Shown here one piece after another: positions 1-8,549 of a DNA stretch of 64,000 nucleotides. The position numbers and the translations under genes were made by a program. Under the pieces are notes generated by a model. The model ran no database searches. It was not told where the DNA came from and saw only the letters and a program-made list of their open reading frames with translations. The DNA is taken from NCBI GenBank assembly GCA_963734445.1, contig CAVTGZ010000003.1, positions 337,341 through 401,340 of the forward strand. The letters run 5' to 3'. This stretch comes from an uncultured Acidobacteriota bacterium (lineage in GTDB: Bacteria > Acidobacteriota > Blastocatellia > Pyrinomonadales > Pyrinomonadaceae). Position 1 is the first letter of the stretch. Every line of letters begins with the position of its first letter.

Positions 1-2
1 AA

Positions 3-278
3 GTGATCGGCACGCCGACGATGGGCGCGGTGATCGGTACGGGCAGTTATTCGCTGATTGACGGCTCGACCGTGCGCACGCCGGGTGTCGGTGTTTACCT
101 TGCGGATGCCAAACGCACGAACATGGAAAACTATGGCGTGCAGCCGGACATTCGCGTCGACAACGCGCCGGAAGACAATCTGGCCGGGCGCGATCGCCAA
201 CTGGAAACTGCCGTCGACGAATTGATGAAACAGATTGGCAGTCAGAAGCGAAACATCGCCAGCAAGGAACAGCAGTAA
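3..278 (+). CDS. C-terminal fragment of an S41/tricorn-type peptidase (5-prime end outside window)
   Basis: The ORF is open to the left edge. The tail NMENYGVQPDIRVDNAPEDNLAGRDRQLETAVDEL resembles the C-terminal S41 domain of tricorn-like proteases (recognised by eye). Confidence 0.5.
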   Translation: MIGTPTMGAVIGTGSYSLIDGSTVRTPGVGVYLADAKRTNMENYGVQPDIRVDNAPEDNLAGRDRQLETAVDELMKQIGSQKRNIASKEQQ

Positions 279-297
279 GCAAAAACAGGAAATTGAC

Positions 298-319
298 GGC
301 GTTAGAGTAATCTAACACC
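298..319. repeat. Short hairpin GGCGTTAGA-GTAA-TCTAACACC (core of repeat family C), 20 nt after the peptidase stop
   Basis: Inverted arms match 8 of 9. The same GGCGTTAGA/TCTAACGCC ends bound the longer elements at 39527..39601 and 60606..60681. Confidence 0.5.
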
Positions 320-393
320 CGTAACGAACGAATCTCTTCACGGCACACGGCAAAGGTGCTAATCTCCCGCGCTTGTACGCCATGGAGGTGAAA

Positions 394-759
394 ATGGATC
401 GCGACGCGAAGACAACTCAGCGGCTCCAGAGCTTGATCGCGAAACTGCAATCACAGACCGAAAATGGCCACTTGCACTGGGAGAGGCAGGCCGGCTCAGC
501 CCACCGCTACGCACGTTGGAACAATAATCTGATAATTCTCGGGCCCGCTACGCCGCTGACCGACCGTCATGTCCCGCGCTATCTTTTCATAACGCCTTTC
601 GATTCGCCGGATTGTATCGAGGTAAATTCAGACGACGCCGAGCTGGGGGCGGCCGTGATGAACCTGGTGAAGCTGGTTGAAGAAGCCAGCGTCAAAGAAC
701 CGGCGGTAGATCCGTTTGCGATCACCGACCAATTACTGGAACGGCTCGAGAGTATGTAG
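394..759 (+). CDS. hypothetical protein
   Basis: GGAGGTG lies 3 nt upstream of ATG 394, in frame with ORF 373..759. No family recognised. Confidence 0.45.
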   Translation: MDRDAKTTQRLQSLIAKLQSQTENGHLHWERQAGSAHRYARWNNNLIILGPATPLTDRHVPRYLFITPFDSPDCIEVNSDDAELGAAVMNLVKLVEEASVKEPAVDPFAITDQLLERLESM

Positions 760-793
760 CCATTGCAAGCTAATTCTTACGAGGACCCTAATC

Positions 794-1703
794 ATGTCAG
801 CACAGTTCAACAACTTGAGTGAAGAAGCGCAGAGCCTGGCTCGCGTTCCCTTGTTCAAACGACTTGAGCCTCATGAGCTGGAACATCTGGCGGAAGAGAT
901 CGATCAGGTCAACTACAAAGCTGACGAGACGATCTTTAACGAACATGATCGCGGCGATGCGCTCTATATTCTGGAAGAAGGCCGGGTGCGCATCTGGGTG
1001 TACGACGAAGACGTCAAACCAGGTGACCCTGGCGGAACTAAAGCCGGGCGACTTTTTCGGCGAGCTGGCGGTCTTGGATCAGGGAGAACGTTCCAGTAGC
1101 GCTACGGCCATTACTGACATACATCTTCACCGTCTGAGCAGCGACGACTTTCAGAAGTTTCTGCTCGAACATCCGGACGCTGCGATTGATGTGATCTGCG
1201 AAATCGCCGCGCGTATGCGGCAAACCAACTTACTCGTCACCCAGCGGGCGTCACGCAACATTAACGTCGAAATGGCAGAGCGTGCGACCATCGGCCAACG
1301 AGTTGCCGACAAAGTCGCTTCGTTCGGCGGCTCGTGGACCTTCATCATTATCTACGTCAGTTTCCTGGTGGCTTGGATGGGCTTTAATACGTTCGTGCTC
1401 GTGCACTATGGCCGGGGCGAGAACGGCGCGGAATTCGATCCATATCCTTACATTCTGTTGAATCTGATGCTCTCGATGACTGCGGCTTTACAGGCGCCGA
1501 TCATCATGATGTCGCAGAACCGCGCAGCAGAAAAAGACCGGCTGGCGGCGGAGCAGGATTTCAAAGTGAATCTCAAGAGCGAGCTGATGCTGGAAGAATT
1601 AAGCCGCAAACAACGTCAGCGCGACGTGCAAATGGATCAATTGAATGCAGCACTGAAAACCCTGCGAGCCACGCTGGAAGATCATCGCTCACCAGAAAGC
1701 TGA
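794..1703 (+). pseudogene. cyclic-nucleotide-binding domain / DUF1003 membrane protein, frameshifted in this sequence
   Basis: From ATG 794, frame 2 gives LFKRLEPHELEHLAEEIDQVNYKADETIFNEHDRGDALYILEEGRVRIWVYDEDVKP. Frame 3 continues VTLAELKPGDFFGELAVLDQGERSSSATA, then the DUF1003-like FGGSWTFIIIYVSFLVAWMGFN...LLNLMLSMTAALQAPIIMMSQNR. The junction is at CCA-GG-TG 1019..1025. Confidence 0.8.
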
Positions 1704-1739
1704 ACCGTGCAAAAGCTTTCCCCTTTTAAGTGAGGCTAG

Positions 1740-2573
1740 ATGCGATCCCTTTTCGGCAGACTCGCTCGCACCGGACCCGCCTGCCTGACCGTTATCGTCT
1801 CAATCTCGATTATTTTTATTTACTGCCGGCCGGCGCAGTCGCAACAGCCATTCATTACGGACGACGCCGACGTGACGCCGCGGCACAAGTTTCATTTTGA
1901 GTTCAGCAACGAATTCGATGTACTCCAACGCGCGGCGTTCCCCAATCGGAAACAGAACACCGCGGATTTCGAATTGGACTACGGCCTGTTCGAGCACGTT
2001 GAAATCGGAATTGAAGCGCCCATCCTGACAATCATCAACGACCACTCGACGATCCCCTCGCGAGTGACTGGCGTAGGCGACCTGAACCTATCGCTCAAGT
2101 ACAACTTTATCCGGGAGCAGGAAGGCCGGCGCCGGCCAGCAATGGCCCTAGCGGTGAACTTCGAACTGCCAACCGGCGATACGACGCGGCAGCTGGGGTC
2201 CGGGCTCGCCGATTTTTACGTCAACAGCATCGCGCAAAAATCGCTCACGAAAAACACGAAGTTGCGCGCCAACGCCGGGATATTGTTTTCCGGCAACGAC
2301 ACCACTGGCGTTCTCGGGGTGAAAAGTCGCGGACTGGTTCTGACCACCGGAGCCTCGCTGGTAAAGCAATTCAATTCGAAACTGGATTTGGGATTCGAGA
2401 TTGCGTCGGCCTTCGCGCGCAACGCGGGCCTGGGAAAGAGTCAGTTACAGTTCATGGTGGGCGGAAACTACCTGCTCAATTCGAAAACCTCATTAGATTT
2501 CGGATTGGTCGGGGGCCGGCATGCAGCGAGTCCTCGCGTGGGAGTGCAAGTCGGACTCTCTATCGATTTCTGA
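1740..2573 (+). CDS. outer-membrane beta-barrel transporter (MetA-pathway/phenol-degradation-like, PF13557-like)
   Basis: Signal peptide, then QQPFITDDADVTPRHKFHFEFSNEF, alternating beta-strand pattern and a terminal F. Confidence 0.5.
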   Translation: MRSLFGRLARTGPACLTVIVSISIIFIYCRPAQSQQPFITDDADVTPRHKFHFEFSNEFDVLQRAAFPNRKQNTADFELDYGLFEHVEIGIEAPILTIINDHSTIPSRVTGVGDLNLSLKYNFIREQEGRRRPAMALAVNFELPTGDTTRQLGSGLADFYVNSIAQKSLTKNTKLRANAGILFSGNDTTGVLGVKSRGLVLTTGASLVKQFNSKLDLGFEIASAFARNAGLGKSQLQFMVGGNYLLNSKTSLDFGLVGGRHAASPRVGVQVGLSIDF

Positions 2574-2589
2574 CACCCGACAGAAGAGG

Positions 2590-3831
2590 TTAAGGACGGC
2601 GCGGCGAATTGCTCGGTTGCGGTGTGCTCTTGGTCGCCGGCTTGGCCGCCGTTGACGACGTCGTGGCAGTTCGTCCCGAACGCGTCAACGCAATCCGCTT
2701 TTCGCTTCCCGTCGGTTGCGCCACACTCACCTTAATCGAGCGGTAAGAACCATCATGTGCTTTGTTCGTCGGATCGTAGCTGATGACGTATTGCGTCCGC
2801 AGGTCGCGAACAATCTCGTTAGCGATCTGTGGCAGCTCAGAGATTGATTGCGGAAAGAAAGCACGGCCGCCGGTTTCAGTCGCCAGCTTGTTAATGAGAG
2901 TGATCGCTTTGTCCTTTGAACTCTTTCTGATTAGCCCTCTGTCGGCTTCCAATTCATTCACGAATCCGATCACGAAGATCTGCACATCTTCTTCGCGCAA
3001 TCTTCGGAACAATTCGGTTTCCGGATAATAACTGGCGCGATCTTCACCGTCCGTAACCACGATCAATGCGCGGCGGCGGCGGTCGTCATCGTTGTTCTTG
3101 TGATATTCAGCCACGTGCTCAGCGGCGAGATACACGCCATCGATCACGGCGGTTTGTCCACCTTCGATATAGAGCGTGTCCAAGCCATCGAGCAACGTGT
3201 CCTTGTTCGAGCTGAAGTCCTGCACGGTTTCGATCTTGTCGCTGCTAATAAAACGTTCGATAAAAGTTTCGTCGTCCTTCTTGTTGCTGTTGATGATCGT
3301 CTTGGCGGCGTCGATCACCTGATTGAATTGCGGCCGCAGCGAACCGGAAGTGTCGACCGCCAGGCCGTAGATCACCGGCACTTCTTCTTCAGTGAAAGAA
3401 AAAATCGGCTGGGGGACGCCGTCTTCTAACACCCTGAATTCGTCCTTGTTGATGCGATTAATCGGGCGGTTGTTGCGATCGATAACGCGCACGTGCAGCG
3501 TCACCAACTCAGTATTGATGGTGATCCGCTCGCCTTCACCAATTTCCGCAGTGGTTGGGTCCGGGGTCGGCGTCGGCTTCGGTTTCAAAACCGGCGCAGG
3601 CGGCGGCGCGCCAAGTTGCGGCGCGATGCGGCGGCCGGGGCCGGTTTGTTGAACCGGGGTCGTAGTCGGCTGGGGCGTCGGCGTAGCGGTCGCCCCGGTT
3701 TGCCGGGGCCGCGAATCGGGCTGTTGGGCACTGGTAACGCCGGCAATCAAAAGCGACGCGGCAAACAGAAAAGCGGCGAATACCGCGACCGTATTTCGCG
3801 GTGCCTTAATAAGTTGAGTGAAAAATCTCAT
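2590..3831 (-). CDS. VWA domain protein (VWFA-related acidobacterial type, TIGR03436-like)
   Basis: Signal peptide and a Pro/Thr-rich linker. Then INTELVTLHVRVIDRNNRPINRINKDEFRVLEDGVPQPI and the MIDAS-like motif AVDTSGS. Confidence 0.8.
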   Translation of the reverse strand: MRFFTQLIKAPRNTVAVFAAFLFAASLLIAGVTSAQQPDSRPRQTGATATPTPQPTTTPVQQTGPGRRIAPQLGAPPPAPVLKPKPTPTPDPTTAEIGEGERITINTELVTLHVRVIDRNNRPINRINKDEFRVLEDGVPQPIFSFTEEEVPVIYGLAVDTSGSLRPQFNQVIDAAKTIINSNKKDDETFIERFISSDKIETVQDFSSNKDTLLDGLDTLYIEGGQTAVIDGVYLAAEHVAEYHKNNDDDRRRRALIVVTDGEDRASYYPETELFRRLREEDVQIFVIGFVNELEADRGLIRKSSKDKAITLINKLATETGGRAFFPQSISELPQIANEIVRDLRTQYVISYDPTNKAHDGSYRSIKVSVAQPTGSEKRIALTRSGRTATTSSTAAKPATKSTPQPSNSPRRP

Positions 3832-3973
3832 TACTGCTAAACCTTCTCTGAATAAAAGCCCAATGTCAAACCATTTTCGGTGTCAGGAGAGTTTTTGCGG
3901 CCGGGATAAAGATGCGCGAAAGGTGCACTAAAGTTGCCGTGCCGTTTCGCAGTGAGGCTGCTCAAAAAGGGCG

Positions 3974-5107
3974 TCAGAAGCCCTCGCTCACGCTCTGGCT
4001 TCTGACACAAACTACTTCAGGATTGGCGATCGCGAAGTATCCTTCTTTACTGCGGACAAAGAGTCGCGGCAGTCCCCGCGGCGGACTAACCTTGACCTTA
4101 ATCTTGTGCCACTTTCCGTTGCTGATAAAGTTAACCGGGCGATAACCGATCGAATATTGATGGCGCAGCTCTAAAGCGATCTGCTCAAAGATGTCATCCA
4201 TTTCGGCTCCACTCCGAGGGTAAAAAGCTTTGCCCCCCGATACGCCCGCCAGTTCGTCCAGGATTCCCTGGCCTTCCATACCGAGCGCGCTGCCCATGTC
4301 TGTGCCGCCCAGAATCCCAATCGCGTACAGCACGACATCCGATTCTTTCAGCACCCGGCGCAACTCGTTAAAAGTGTAGCGCGAGTTGTTATCCTGGCCA
4401 TCACTAATCAACAACAGCGCGCGCTTGGGATGGGTTCCCCGCTGAACCCGCTCGACGCCGAGATAGCACGCGTCGTACAGCGCCGTGTTGTTTTTGGTCT
4501 GCACAAAGGTGAGCTTATCGAGCACGGCATTGCCGTCGCGCGTTCGATCCATCAACAATTGCGCGCGCGAGTTGAAGCCGATCAGGAAATATTCGTCGCG
4601 GTCGTGGCTGGTTTGAATGAAGTGAGCCAGGGCGTCGCGCGCGCGGTGCACTTTGTCACCGCTCATTGAGCCGGAAACATCGAACAGAATGCCGACCGAA
4701 ACCGGCGCATCTTCATCGCTGAAGAAGGTAATATTCTGCTCCGCTTTGTCGTCAAAGATAGTGAATGCGTTCTGGCCCAGACCGGAAACAAAGCGGCCGT
4801 AAATGTCAGTAACGGTAACCGTGAAAGTGATGAGATCGGTATTGGTGATGACCGGGTTCTTGTCATCAACCTCGCCTTCAGGCAGTTGAATCTTGGTTGA
4901 GGGCTTTTGCGGAGTCTTCTTATTTCCATTGTCCGGCGGCGTGGCCACCGGGGCCGGCTCGACCTTTAATAGTTCCTTCTTTTCTGTCGGCGGCGGTTGT
5001 TTCTCTTCCGGTTTCTGCTGCGCATTTGAAGTTCGGATGGTGAACAACGCGGCGAGAACTGTGGCGGAAATCAACACCAGGCACGCTTTACGTCGAGGCG
5101 ATCTCAT
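3974..5107 (-). CDS. VWA domain protein, paralog of the preceding gene
   Basis: GGGGGAG lies 5 nt upstream of ATG 5107 (MRSPRRKACLV... signal peptide). Contains LITFTVTVTDIYGRFVSGLGQNAFTIFDD, ILFDVSGSM and LLISDGQDN. Confidence 0.8.
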   Translation of the reverse strand: MRSPRRKACLVLISATVLAALFTIRTSNAQQKPEEKQPPPTEKKELLKVEPAPVATPPDNGNKKTPQKPSTKIQLPEGEVDDKNPVITNTDLITFTVTVTDIYGRFVSGLGQNAFTIFDDKAEQNITFFSDEDAPVSVGILFDVSGSMSGDKVHRARDALAHFIQTSHDRDEYFLIGFNSRAQLLMDRTRDGNAVLDKLTFVQTKNNTALYDACYLGVERVQRGTHPKRALLLISDGQDNNSRYTFNELRRVLKESDVVLYAIGILGGTDMGSALGMEGQGILDELAGVSGGKAFYPRSGAEMDDIFEQIALELRHQYSIGYRPVNFISNGKWHKIKVKVSPPRGLPRLFVRSKEGYFAIANPEVVCVRSQSVSEGF

Positions 5108-5406
5108 TTTTCTCCCCCCTGTCGGTGACGAAACGATTCCCTTCGTCTGCGCGCGGGTCATCACTTGTTCGCGTTTCGGCCAAAGCGCGTGCGAACGACA
5201 GATGAATCGCAGACCAAAAAGGTTTCGCCTTCACTGATCCACTCTTGCTGCGCCTGGCTTAGAACAAAGCCGGCGCAGGTTAATTCCAAACCGATCGTTA
5301 AAGGGAGACGCTGCGAGCGCCTGAATGCAGTGTCGAACTGACTGGGGCATTGTAGGCCAAGCCTGAGCGCGGGTGCAAGATAACCGCGCCCGGCAAGCCT
5401 CGACCG

Positions 5407-5868
5407 CTATGACTTGCGGGACAGGGCCGCGCGAATTCGCTCGGCGCTCTTCGGGCCGATGCCGTCCACCATCTCAAGTCCGCCGCCCGCGGCGAACTTC
5501 CGCAAATCCTCGAGCGAAGCAATCTTAAACTTCTGATGAAACGTCGCAGCGGTCCTGGGCCCTACACCGGGAAGCTCTAACAAATCCAAAACCGTTTCCG
5601 GCGTTTCCGCAGTCAAGCGTTCCCAGGCGTCGAAGGTCCCCTTCCCGAGCAACTCGATTATCTTTGCGGCGATTGCTTTGCCGACACCGGGGATTTCCTG
5701 CAAGCCGGCAGCGCCTTCCTGGTTGGCGATCTCCTTCATAGAGGTGGGCCAGGTCTCGATGGCCTCAGCCGCCATGCGGTACGATCGCAGGCGGAACGGA
5801 TCCTCGCCACGCACCTCCATCAGCGAAGCCATGCGATTAAACCGGCGGGCGATTTCCTCGTTGTCCAT
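5407..5868 (-). CDS. helix-hairpin-helix protein resembling only the N-terminal 8-kDa/fingers part of family X DNA polymerase
   Basis: MDNEEIARRFNRMASLMEVRGEDPFRLRSYRMAAEAIE..., plus two HhH motifs (IPGVGKAIAAKI, LPGVGPRTAA). No palm or PHP domain follows. Confidence 0.6.
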   Translation of the reverse strand: MDNEEIARRFNRMASLMEVRGEDPFRLRSYRMAAEAIETWPTSMKEIANQEGAAGLQEIPGVGKAIAAKIIELLGKGTFDAWERLTAETPETVLDLLELPGVGPRTAATFHQKFKIASLEDLRKFAAGGGLEMVDGIGPKSAERIRAALSRKS

Positions 5869-5870
5869 GG

Positions 5871-6149
5871 GTGCGTAAATCGTAAAGGGTGAATCGTAAA
5901 TAGTAAATGGTCGGAGTTGGGGCGGTGCGGGCGATGTCCAAATCTCTGCGCCACCTCTGCGCGCTCAGCGTCTCGGCGGTGAGCATTTCTTCGTCTATTC
6001 ACCGCGGAGCCGCAGAGATCGCCGAGGCTGACTGTCAGAACCGGCCTGCGGTAGCGGGCAGTTGATCCCAATGGAAAGAAACTGAGCTCAGGACGCTACG
6101 GACCACCCCCGCCGCCTTTTCTATTCCGGAGTTACGATTTACTATTGCC
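5871..6149. repeat. Composite repeat block: heptad-type arms (family B) flanking a family-A hairpin
   Basis: 5871..5914 GTGCGTAAATCGTAAAGGGTGAATCGTAAATAGTAAATGG and 6126..6149 CCGGAGTTACGATTTACTATTGCC use the same GTAAATC/GTGAATC vocabulary in opposite orientation. Element A1 lies between them. Confidence 0.5.
5943..6027. repeat. Family A hairpin repeat (CTCTGCG ... GGTGA / TCACC ... CGCAGAG), copy A1
   Basis: GCGTCTCGGCGGTGA (5968..5982) pairs with TCACCGCGGAGCCGC (5999..6013). Flanking CTCTGCG and GCAGAG units. Confidence 0.7.
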
Positions 6150-6223
6150 AGTTATCGGGCATCTAAAATGGAGATGAAAGTTTCTAATAAGTTCTCCTCT
6201 TACACCAACTAATCGAGGTCATC

Positions 6224-8312
6224 ATGAAATTTAGAAGATTCTTGTGTGCGCTGGTCCTGGCGCTCTTCAGTTTACAGACACTGCAGTTTACCGCGCGCGC
6301 GGACGAGGGCATGTGGCCCTTCAACAATATTCCCCGCGCCGAAATCAAAAAGAAATACGGCTTTGACGTCACCGACGAATGGCTGAACAAGGTACAACTG
6401 GCTTCGGTGCGATTCAATAACGGCGGATCCGGCTCGTTCGTGTCGCCCAACGGCCTGGTGCTGACGAACTATCACATCGTCGAAGACATCGTAAACGAAG
6501 TCAGCACGCCGGAAAAAGACTTGGCCAAGGAAGGCTTTGTCGCGCGCAGTCGGGCTGACGAAATCAAAGCGCCGAGCCTCGAGCTGAACGTGCTGATGAG
6601 CATCGAGGACGTCACCAAACGCGTGAACGACGCCGTCAAACCCGGCACGACCGACGCCCAGGCGTTCGCCGCGCGGCGCGCCGAGATCGCCGCAATCGAA
6701 GGTGAATCAACCAAGGCAACGGGCTTACGCTCGGACGTGGTCACACTCTATCAGGGCGGCCAATACAATCTTTATCGCTACAAGAAGTACACCGACGTGC
6801 GGCTGGTGTTCGTGCCTGAGTTTCAGGCGGCGTTCTTTGGCGGCGATCCCGACAACTTCAATTTCCCGCGCTTCAATATCGACATGGCTCTGGTGCGCGT
6901 CTATGAAAACGATCAGCCGGTGCATCCCGAAAGCTATTTCAAGTGGTCAACCGCCGGAGCGAAAGAAGGCGACCTCGCGTTTGTGACCGGCAATCCCGGC
7001 TCGACCTCGCGGCTCGACACGGTGGCGCATTTACAGGAGCTGCGCGACACGAGTATCCCGATCATTCTGCGTTTGCTCGAGCGGCGTGAAGCGATGCTTA
7101 AGAAGTACATGGCTGAAGGAGAAGAGCAAACACGGCGCGCCCAAAACGAACTGAACAGCATTCAAAACAGCATCAAGGTTTATCGCGGCCGGATCGCCGG
7201 CTTGAAAGACAAGTCTTTGCTGGACCGCAAGACGCGTGAAGAAAACGCGCTACGGAAATCCATCGCCGGCGAATCCCGAACGGCAGAAAATGTACGGCGA
7301 TGCCTGGGACGCGATCGCCAAGGCCCATCAGGCGCTGGCCTCGTACGCAGCCGAACGACGAGTGTTCGATCAGGCCAGCGGATTCAATACGACCTATTTT
7401 GGCATCGCACGAGCCCTGGTTCGCCTGGCGGCTGAGAACCAGAAAACGAATGCCGAGCGTTTACCTGAATTCACTGATGCGCGCCGCGCTTCGCTCGAGT
7501 TGGCGCTCTATTCGCCCGCGCCCATCCATGACGAGTTCGAAAAGTTGAAGCTGGCGGATTCGCTTGCCTACATGGTGGAAATGCTCGGCGCGAAAAATGC
7601 GTTGGTGCAGCAGGTGCTGAATGGCAAGACGCCCGAAGCGCGCGCGGCTGAGTTGATCGCCGGGACGAAACTTAAGGACGTAGCTTACCGGAAAGAATTG
7701 GCCGCCGGTGGCGCGAAGGCGATCGAAACTTCGACCGATCCGATGATCGTTCTGGCGCGCACGGTCGATCCCAAAGCGCGCGAACTCCGCACGCGCTTTG
7801 AGAACGAAGTGACCGGCGTCGAGCGAACCAACTATGCGAAGATCGCCCGCGCGCTGTTTGAGACGGAAGGCACCAAGCTTTATCCCGATGCGACCTTCAC
7901 GCTGCGCCTTTCGTACGGAACCGTGAAAGGCTATATGGAAAACGGTAAGCGGGTCGCTCCGTTCACCACGCTCGGTGGTTTGTATGAACGATCGGCGCAA
8001 TTCAAGACCGCGTTTCCTTACAACCTGCCGCCGCGCTGGATGGAGAAAAAATCGGCGGTGAATCCCGGCACGCCGTTCAACTTTGTCACCACCAACGACA
8101 TTATCGGCGGTAACTCCGGCTCGCCGACGATCAATAAGAACGGCGAACTAATCGGTCTGATTTTCGACGGCAACATTCAATCGCTGGTGGGTGATTACAT
8201 CTACGACGAATCGATTAACCGCGCCATCTCGGTGGATGTGCGCGCCATGACTGAAGTGCTGCGCAAGGTCTTTGGCGCAGACGCGATCGCCGATGAGCTG
8301 ACCAAAGGATAG
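6224..8312 (+). pseudogene. S46 family dipeptidyl-peptidase, frameshifted in this sequence
   Basis: ORFs 6224..7435 and 7236..8312 overlap in different frames. Signal peptide plus ADEGMWPFNN at the N-terminus, and TTNDIIGGNSGSPTINKNGELIGLIFDGN near the C-terminus. The junction ...ENALRKSIA|ANPERQKMYGDAWDAI is at GCC-GG-CG 7265..7271. Confidence 0.85.
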
Positions 8313-8330
8313 CGCACGATCGTCATACCT

Positions 8331-8420
8331 GAGGTCGGTACCATTCGCGTAAGTGGATGGGTTAATGAATTCGAACTTTGATTTCTTAACCCGCCCGCTG
8401 ACGCCGGTGGTACCGACCTC
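8331..8420. repeat. Long imperfect hairpin (35-nt arms), family I
   Basis: GAGGTCGGTACCATTCGCGTAAGTGGATGGGTTAA (8331..8365) against TTAACCCGCCCGCTGACGCCGGTGGTACCGACCTC (8386..8420). Starts 19 nt after the S46 stop. Confidence 0.7.
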
Positions 8421-8549
8421 GCCCCTTGCCCCGACTCACCTGTCGGTATAAGCTACCAACATATCAATCTTCCCTTTAAGCGCTCTCCCTCCCGAGTGAA
8501 ACAGCTATTGAGTTCACGGCGTTGGTTTTCAATTGAAAGGACAGAAACG

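Noticed and set aside
5248-5278. Hairpin CTGCGCCTGGCTT-AGAACA-AAGCCGGCGCAG as an intrinsic terminator for the PolX-like gene
   Set aside because: The stem is good (one mismatch), but no T-run follows on the minus strand. It is not reported as a terminator.
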